A DNA stretch of 64,000 nt. It comes from Thermoproteota archaeon. Lineage in GTDB: Archaea > Thermoproteota > Thermoprotei > Thermofilales > B9-G17. The notes beneath the pieces are model-generated. The model was not told the origin of the DNA. It worked only from the letters and a program-made list of their open reading frames with translations, and ran no database searches. Every line of letters begins with the position of its first letter. The stretch's first letter is position 1. The translations under genes were made by a program, and so were the position numbers. Shown one piece after another: positions 57,976 to 64,000 of this stretch. The stretch lies in contig JAPDJW010000002.1 of the NCBI GenBank assembly GCA_029258885.1, positions 224,001 through 288,000 of the forward strand, in the 5' to 3' direction.

Positions 57976-59112
57976 TTAACCTTTCTTTAGTTCTTCTCTC
58001 ACCTTTATAATAGTGTCGTCTTTGACCGGAAATCCCCATTCTATAAAATATTGCGTGAGGTCCCTACCGGAGAATTTACAAAGGTAATAGAGAAAAAGGT
58101 TGAATTTGTCAACTGGATCCTTAGGTATTTCATCTTGAGTGAGATTTAGCCATGCTCTATAGGTTTTCTTGAATGGCTCCCACCCGATCATGTTCTTAAT
58201 TATAAGGAGCTTATGAGTTTCTGCATCGTTATTTTTAAAGTTAGGCCACTGTTTTAGCCTTTTCTCCTCGCCCGTCCTTGCAGCCATCATAGCGTAGTAA
58301 TCATCAAGCGTCTTTCCAGATGATACTGAGTAGTCATACCACACGCCCCCCTGTTTTATCTTTGCCTTAAGCTTCTCAGCAACATATACCATTTTAAAGT
58401 TGGCTGATGATTCGGCATTCCAGACCCACCTATAGTCAATGTCGAAGTCATGCCCTAGCTCGTGAAGAATTCCGAACAACCAGTCGCCTTCATTTATTTG
58501 CTTTATGGCGTCAGGTACGTACTTTGAATACCATTTTACGGGGTTTCCAGCAACCGCCCAGCCGCCAGGATACTCATCAACTTCTTTAATGACTATTTTC
58601 TCGCCGCCGTAAGGCACAGTGCCCACTAGCTCTTGGTATGCCTCATAGGCTAAATCAAGCTTTCGAAGCCAGTCAAGGACATTGTTGAATAGATCGAAAC
58701 TTCTCTTCTTAAGATCTAGTATTATATGTTCTCCTTCTACAATTACTCTTTCTTCGTCCTTTACCTTAAGCTGAAAAGAGTACCTTCTCTCTCTCCAGCT
58801 AATTATTAGGCTTAAATCTTCTCTATAGCTTATATTAAAGGTATGTATGTAGACTGCCGAATTTATGTTAAACTTCCAAGAAGATAGGGTTTCATCTCCA
58901 AGGCTCAAGTTCATCAAAATATTTCCAATTCGACTGCCATCAGTAGTATAGACATAGACCTTAGCAACTAATAATTCCTCAGTATAAGAAACCCACAAGT
59001 GCTTATCAACCTTAATTACGAGTTCTGTAGTGCCTAGTTTTAATATAAAGAGGAATATGAAAACAGTCGATACGACTGCTAAGAATAGGATGAGCCAGAC
59101 AAGCTTAGACAT
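57976..59112 (-). CDS. Membrane-anchored zincin metallopeptidase, M60-like catalytic domain
   Basis: N-terminal TM; GGWAVAG, GILHELGHDF (HExxH), NAESSANF (third ligand Glu), FIEWGFP. Confidence 0.75.
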   Translation of the reverse strand: MSKLVWLILFLAVVSTVFIFLFILKLGTTELVIKVDKHLWVSYTEELLVAKVYVYTTDGSRIGNILMNLSLGDETLSSWKFNINSAVYIHTFNISYREDLSLIISWRERRYSFQLKVKDEERVIVEGEHIILDLKKRSFDLFNNVLDWLRKLDLAYEAYQELVGTVPYGGEKIVIKEVDEYPGGWAVAGNPVKWYSKYVPDAIKQINEGDWLFGILHELGHDFDIDYRWVWNAESSANFKMVYVAEKLKAKIKQGGVWYDYSVSSGKTLDDYYAMMAARTGEEKRLKQWPNFKNNDAETHKLLIIKNMIGWEPFKKTYRAWLNLTQDEIPKDPVDKFNLFLYYLCKFSGRDLTQYFIEWGFPVKDDTIIKVREELKKG

Positions 59113-59206
59113 ATTAAAATAGATAAATTAGCGATATTTATAAAATTTTAGTATAATGTCTTTCATATAACAACCTAGTTTCAAGTGAGCATAAAGATCA
59201 TTAGCG

Positions 59207-60793
59207 CTACTCCAGTATCTCTAGTATTCTACCTATGGCCTTCGTTCTCGATTCTCTAAGCATAAATATTTCTCCTTCACGTATATACCATGGATGATAC
59301 ATGAACTCTAGCACAACCCTACCAGTATCGCCAGTCCTCATGGGCTCCTTCTCCATTTCAACGAAGCTTACGGTGCTCCTAATAGAGTGCATGTGGAAAA
59401 CCGCCTGATAGCCACGCTTAATAGTTGTCGGGTGACGTAGTATAGTGACTTTAGCAATAAACTTCTTCACGCTCATAGGCTTCACGCTTCTATCCAGCAG
59501 CACCTGACCCTTCTCAATCTCATCGTAGTGTATGTTTGCGAGGGCAAGCGTAGCATACTGTCCAGCATATATCCTGTGTACAGGTATCCTATTCACCTGT
59601 ATAGACCTAACCCTAACGTTCCTCCAACTTCCATCCTTAAACGGTCCTATAAGCAGGTTATCGTCTTCAACTATACTTCCCCCCAGAAGCAATCCGGCGA
59701 CGACGGGTCCTACGCCCTTGACGTTGAATATATCCTCGACGTATAGTTTAGCTGGATTTTTAACCTCCTCCTTCCACGACCTCTTAGGCGGGAGATAGTT
59801 CAGGAAGCTGAGCAGAAGCTTTATTCCCTCCCCAGTTACGCTCGACACCTTAAATACTGGCACTATACGTCCGCTCGCGATATGTCTAGCAGCCAGAACA
59901 GCATCGTTTTCATCCTTGACCATAAATGGAACCTTATCAATACCAGGTAGCTTCAATATCCTATATATCTCGTTAATAGTCTTTTCAATAACGTGCTTAG
60001 GTGTCATGTCGATTTTAGTTACAACTATAAACACAGGTATCCTGAGGGCAATACAAATGCCGAGATGCTCTCTACCCATCCTCAGAAGGCCAGCATTAGC
60101 CCCGACAACAATCATAGCGTAGTCCGGATGCCTGGACATAACACCCTTAAGGGTAGTTCTTAAATACCTCTCATGGCCGCCTAGGTCAACGAGGGAAATA
60201 ACCTTAATAGACTTAAGGTAGATTTCGGCCTCATTCAGAGGTGAGACAAGAGAGTAGTTGACGGGCTCACTATCGAGGGAGAATCCTAGGTGTTTCTCGG
60301 AGATTGATGATGTCCTGCCGCTCTCTATCTCGTGCAGAAACCTGGCGATTCTACGCATAGCTGAGCCTTCGCCGTCATCAAGTTCGCCAGTACAGAGTAC
60401 GCTAATTAATGTGCTCTTACCAGCGTCGACGTTGCCCAGTGCGGTAACAGTAATGAATATCGGAGGCTTGTCCTCTCTGCTACATCTAACTAGGACCTCA
60501 GCTACATAACGTTCACCAATCTTCCTCTTTCTCACAACAATAATCTTAGCTCCAATAATCGATGCAACCTTTTCCAGAGTCTTCAAAGACTCATTTAAAA
60601 CCTTATGTGAAACACCTTTAACCAAGCCATCGTCAGTAACTCCTATAACGTAAAAGGCTTCGCCACCACCTTCGGCAAGCCTATACTTCATCTGTGATGC
60701 AAGTTCCTCGATACGTTCGCGATTGATACCAGTAAGCTTAAGCTTATACTCTATGCTACCCTCATCCCTCTCGGGAGGAAGCCTCTCAATCAA
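59207..60793 (-). CDS. GTPBP1/2-like translational GTPase
   Basis: N-terminal ERDEGSIEYK domain, GNVDAGKST, HEIESGRTSS, DLGGHERY, TKID, EF-Tu-like domains II and III. Confidence 0.9.
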   Translation of the reverse strand: MIERLPPERDEGSIEYKLKLTGINRERIEELASQMKYRLAEGGGEAFYVIGVTDDGLVKGVSHKVLNESLKTLEKVASIIGAKIIVVRKRKIGERYVAEVLVRCSREDKPPIFITVTALGNVDAGKSTLISVLCTGELDDGEGSAMRRIARFLHEIESGRTSSISEKHLGFSLDSEPVNYSLVSPLNEAEIYLKSIKVISLVDLGGHERYLRTTLKGVMSRHPDYAMIVVGANAGLLRMGREHLGICIALRIPVFIVVTKIDMTPKHVIEKTINEIYRILKLPGIDKVPFMVKDENDAVLAARHIASGRIVPVFKVSSVTGEGIKLLLSFLNYLPPKRSWKEEVKNPAKLYVEDIFNVKGVGPVVAGLLLGGSIVEDDNLLIGPFKDGSWRNVRVRSIQVNRIPVHRIYAGQYATLALANIHYDEIEKGQVLLDRSVKPMSVKKFIAKVTILRHPTTIKRGYQAVFHMHSIRSTVSFVEMEKEPMRTGDTGRVVLEFMYHPWYIREGEIFMLRESRTKAIGRILEILE

Positions 60794-60951
60794 GGAGTTT
60801 CACTTGTAAATATACTTTAAGGTTATCTATAAATCTGTAGCGGTCATTATCTATAATCGTATTTATAAATTTACCTCTATTAAATACTACTGTATCTCTT
60901 TATGTGAACATTTTTATATAAGCTTCTCCTATTACCATAAGGGGTAGTCAT

Positions 60952-61326
60952 TTGGCTACTTTGCATATGGTTGGAGTAACGCCTGAAAAGGCTATTGAGC
61001 TGGTTAAAAAGGGGAAAAAGGGCGATATTGTAGCACTTAAATATTGGCTCAATAAGCCTGATGCTGAGGTAGATCCCAAGAACCTAGGTGTGCCTATCCG
61101 CACTCCTCTATTAACTATATCATTAGCACGTACTCCCAACATAAGGGTGGTGAACGGTATTCTCGTATGTAAAGCCTTCCTTTCCGAGGATATACTGCCA
61201 GATGAAGTAAAAATTGAGGAGAATATCGTAGGACAGGTTGAAGGATTAAAGATCTATAAGGTCTCAGTTAGAATACCATTTGATGATTTAGTAGGTATAT
61301 TCTTTCCACTGGAAGATATAGATTAA
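60952..61326 (+). CDS. Hypothetical protein, tandem paralogue 1
   Basis: 124 aa, about two-thirds identical to 61470-61844; GGGGTA RBS and TTTATATAAG promoter. Confidence 0.85.
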   Translation: MATLHMVGVTPEKAIELVKKGKKGDIVALKYWLNKPDAEVDPKNLGVPIRTPLLTISLARTPNIRVVNGILVCKAFLSEDILPDEVKIEENIVGQVEGLKIYKVSVRIPFDDLVGIFFPLEDID

Positions 61327-61469
61327 CATCAACAATTTCTAAAATATTTTCCTATAGTAAATCTATTTACATATACCTTACTATTTAATATATTTCTATA
61401 TTTTATTTTAGGAATGTAGTTTGCAAACATATTTATATAAGTCTTTCATACATTACCTGGGGTAATTAC

Positions 61470-61844
61470 TTGTCTACTTCAAAGGCTGTGGGAGTAACTC
61501 CTGAAAAAGCTATTGAGTTAGTAAAGAAGGGTAAGATGGGTGCTATTGTAGCTTTTAAATACTGGCTTAATACGCCCAATGCAGAGGTTAACCCTGAAAA
61601 CCTAGGGATACCAGTCCATGCATCCATGTTAACGATATCGCCATCTCATACTCCCAGCATAAAGATAGTGGATGATATACTAGTGTGTGAAGCGTTCTTC
61701 TCCGAAGACGTATTGCCGGACGAGGTTAAAGTCGATAAGAATGTTGTGGGCGAGGTCGAGGGATTAAAGATCTATAAGGTCTCAGTTAGAATACCATTTA
61801 ATAACATAGTAGGCATATTCTTCCCGAAGAAGGACGTGGAATAA
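61470..61844 (+). CDS. Hypothetical protein, tandem paralogue 2
   Basis: 124 aa with its own copy of the promoter and RBS. Confidence 0.85.
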   Translation: MSTSKAVGVTPEKAIELVKKGKMGAIVAFKYWLNTPNAEVNPENLGIPVHASMLTISPSHTPSIKIVDDILVCEAFFSEDVLPDEVKVDKNVVGEVEGLKIYKVSVRIPFNNIVGIFFPKKDVE

Positions 61845-61952
61845 GAGACTTTAATGTGTACTGAAACATCTGGTACCTAAACACGTATACGTCTGTTTTT
61901 CCCGATTCGTTAAAGCTAAAGTAGATAAATTCATTATTCTATCTTATTATTT

Positions 61953-62411
61953 GTGAGGACGACAATAGCATTATTCCTATTATTTGAAGTACTAATGATG
62001 CTTACAGGAATAATCGAGTATATGGGTATTCTACAGAGCCTATTTCCTAGATGGACGTTTGCTGAAGCCTTCTCTCTGGGGGATAAATTTCTAGTATATC
62101 ACGTGATACTATTTCCAATAGCCCTAACCATGGGTGTGCTGACGGCTCTACCCCTAAAAACTAATATTTTGTCAAAGTTTCTATACTCCCTGGGATTTTT
62201 AGTTACCTACTGTAGCACAGAGGATGCATTCTGGTTTATAGGCAGGATACTTATTGGAGGAGGAACATGGATCAAGTCATACGAGTGGACATGTAGGCTC
62301 TTCGGAGCAGTAACGTATCCAGTTGTAATACCTGTATACTACTTCGCTGGCCCGTTCTTCATCTTAATAGCTAGGTGGATAGAGCTGGAATTCTTTAAAC
62401 AAGGGAGATAA
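61953..62411 (+). CDS. Membrane protein, unknown function
   Basis: About four TM segments; TEDAFWF motif. Confidence 0.7.
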   Translation: MRTTIALFLLFEVLMMLTGIIEYMGILQSLFPRWTFAEAFSLGDKFLVYHVILFPIALTMGVLTALPLKTNILSKFLYSLGFLVTYCSTEDAFWFIGRILIGGGTWIKSYEWTCRLFGAVTYPVVIPVYYFAGPFFILIARWIELEFFKQGR

Positions 62412-62450
62412 TTTCCCGATAAAGATTTAAGCTATCATAGGCTAATAATT

Positions 62451-62765
62451 GTGATAAACATGTATTGGCCGTTGAACCTCTGGTTCTGGTTCTACAACTA
62501 CCTTATGAGCCTATACATGCCGTACTACCTACTCCCATACTATCCAGTGTTCTACTATCCATACTACATGTACCCATACATGTGGTATAGGCCCACGCCC
62601 TCAGACATAATCTACATGGACATGTTAATGGAGTCGCTACATAGGCAACAGATGATGCGAATGTTCTGGGATACGAGCAACTACATCTCGAGGCTGCAGA
62701 TGCGGATGTGGAATGATAAGGTAAGGGAGTGGGAGAAGGAAAAGTATTCGATGGATGTCTGGTAG
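62451..62765 (+). CDS. Tyr/Met/Trp/Pro-rich small protein
   Basis: 104-aa open frame downstream of a GATTTAAG TATA-like element; Tyr encoded mostly by TAC. Confidence 0.6.
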   Translation: MINMYWPLNLWFWFYNYLMSLYMPYYLLPYYPVFYYPYYMYPYMWYRPTPSDIIYMDMLMESLHRQQMMRMFWDTSNYISRLQMRMWNDKVREWEKEKYSMDVW

Positions 62766-62897
62766 TCCGCCAGCCACAATCGCAGAAGTTCATGATTTCA
62801 GCGTATATGGTTGCTGTATCTATATATCTGATCCTAGGTTGCTTATAGTCTCTAAATCTAATAAAGCGTATATAGGAGTTTAATCCATTAATTAAAC

Positions 62898-63911
62898 ATG
62901 GTTAAGATAGCTTTCTTTGAAATAGAGGGATGGGAAAAGCCGTATCTCGAGAAGGAACTTAAAGAACACGAGCTTTTCTTCGAGGGCGATATATTAACAC
63001 GACACTACGATTTATCTAAGATTAAGGGCGTTGATATAGTCAGTACTTTCATATACTCAAGAGTTGATAAGGAGGTTATCAACCAGCTTCCAAATCTCAA
63101 GGCCGTTATAACAAGGTCTACAGGCTTCGATCACATAGATACTGAGGAGTGTAAAAACAGGGGGATAGCAGTATTTAACGTACCAGCATACGGCATAACT
63201 ACGGTAGCCGAGTATACAATACTCTTAATACTATCCTTACTCCGAAGAATTAAGATTGTTGAGGAAGTAATTAAAAGACCCCACTACCTTCCAAAGGATG
63301 TTAGGGGATACGAGCTTAATGGTAAGGTTTTGGGAGTTATAGGTACCGGCAGAATAGGTAGTCATGTAGTTAAGCTGGCACATGCATTCGGCGCAAAAAT
63401 CATAGCCTACGATATAATTAAGAGGAAGGAGCTCGAGGAAAAGTACGGCGTAAAGTACGTGGACCTAGATACCCTGCTCTCAACCGCGGATATAATAACT
63501 ATCCACGTACCATATACTCCACAGACACATCACATGATAAATAGGGAAAACATAACTAAAGTGAAGAAGGGAGCGCTCATAGTAAACACAGCTAGAGGAG
63601 GAATAATAGAAATAGATGCCCTCATAGAGGCACTCGAGGAGGGAAGGATTGCTGGAGCGGCTTTAGATGTAGTTGAGGGAGAATGGGTTCTTAGAGGAGA
63701 AATAGATGTATATAGTAAATCTAAGACAGCGTCCCAAAAGGAGCTTAGAGATGGTGTACTAGTACATTTACTGAAGAAATATCCAAACGTTATCGTAACG
63801 CCCCACATAGCATATAATACTTGGGAAGCCCTTCACCGAATACTTGAAGTCACTGTAAATACTATAAGAGGCTTCCTCAAAGGAGAAAAATTAAATAATA
63901 GAATTGTATAA
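62898..63911 (+). CDS. D-isomer-specific 2-hydroxyacid dehydrogenase (D-lactate dehydrogenase-like)
   Basis: TRSTGFDHID, GVIGTGRIG, TIHVP, NTARG, ALDVVEGE, TPHIAY. Confidence 0.92.
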   Translation: MVKIAFFEIEGWEKPYLEKELKEHELFFEGDILTRHYDLSKIKGVDIVSTFIYSRVDKEVINQLPNLKAVITRSTGFDHIDTEECKNRGIAVFNVPAYGITTVAEYTILLILSLLRRIKIVEEVIKRPHYLPKDVRGYELNGKVLGVIGTGRIGSHVVKLAHAFGAKIIAYDIIKRKELEEKYGVKYVDLDTLLSTADIITIHVPYTPQTHHMINRENITKVKKGALIVNTARGGIIEIDALIEALEEGRIAGAALDVVEGEWVLRGEIDVYSKSKTASQKELRDGVLVHLLKKYPNVIVTPHIAYNTWEALHRILEVTVNTIRGFLKGEKLNNRIV

Positions 63912-63961
63912 AAATAGTTTTAAATCTTTTTTATACGAACTTTTAACTTAAATTCCGCTTA

Positions 63962-64000
63962 CTAATACGGTGGAGGCGGGGGAGGAGGCGGCGGGGGAGG
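63962..64000 (-). CDS. 3' end of a gene entering from outside the window, ending in a polyproline tail
   Basis: Minus strand reads 11 mixed Pro codons, then TAT TAG TAA. Confidence 0.6.
   Translation of the reverse strand, partial: PPPPPPPPPPPY

Noticed and set aside
57810-59702. Diversity-generating retroelement TR/VR pair
   Set aside because: Only two differences, both synonymous and not both at adenines; no reverse transcriptase in the window.
365-63808. Numerous short antisense or overlapping ORFs in the track (e.g. 1498-1788, 5517-5900, 24105-24614, 48550-49086, 51852-52352)
   Set aside because: They lie opposite well-supported genes, are Ser/Leu/Ile-rich as expected for antisense frames, and carry no motifs or RBS.
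1-64000. CRISPR array, cas genes, canonical tRNA or rRNA genes, transposase or integrase
   Set aside because: No regularly spaced 24-40 bp repeats, no cloverleaf with a TTC(G/A)A T-loop, no conserved rRNA motifs and no recognisable Cas, DDE or tyrosine-recombinase motifs.

Overview
Archaeal genomic DNA, most likely a thermophilic Thermoproteota-type organism. Evidence: GGTGA/GGAGG ribosome-binding sites, BRE-TATA promoters, form III RuBisCO, AMP phosphorylase, xpb-bax1, geranylgeranyl reductase and box C/D sRNAs. The window is densely coding and mostly metabolic, repair and housekeeping: intein-containing class III ribonucleotide reductase NrdD, RsmA/KsgA, GH31, GH1, Maf, an XPD-like helicase, TrxB, MPG, an M16 peptidase pair and a GTPBP-type GTPase. 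Small accessory islets are interspersed. No CRISPR array, rRNA, canonical tRNA, transposase or integrase was recognised. The most striking non-coding signal is a promoter-driven ~310-nt plus-strand element at 6183-6500. It has a 5' hairpin, box C, a 15-bp stem, a canonical bulge-helix-bulge splice motif, a 10-bp stem and box D. This is the architecture of an archaeal pre-rRNA processing stem, but it encloses a 210-nt non-rRNA structured insert. The most striking protein system is a three-gene operon (42426-49202): a CdvA-like coiled-coil protein, a surface-anchored Ig-like protein and a giant FtsX-type membrane protein, all sharing a short L-x(3-5)-G-[EL]-[ILV]-x(3)-[YF] helical-hairpin motif. 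Two clear C/D sRNAs, a poly-G frameshifted GNAT gene, a bactofilin-like/ABC operon and several unusual small proteins are also present. All family assignments are from motif recognition by eye, not database searches.
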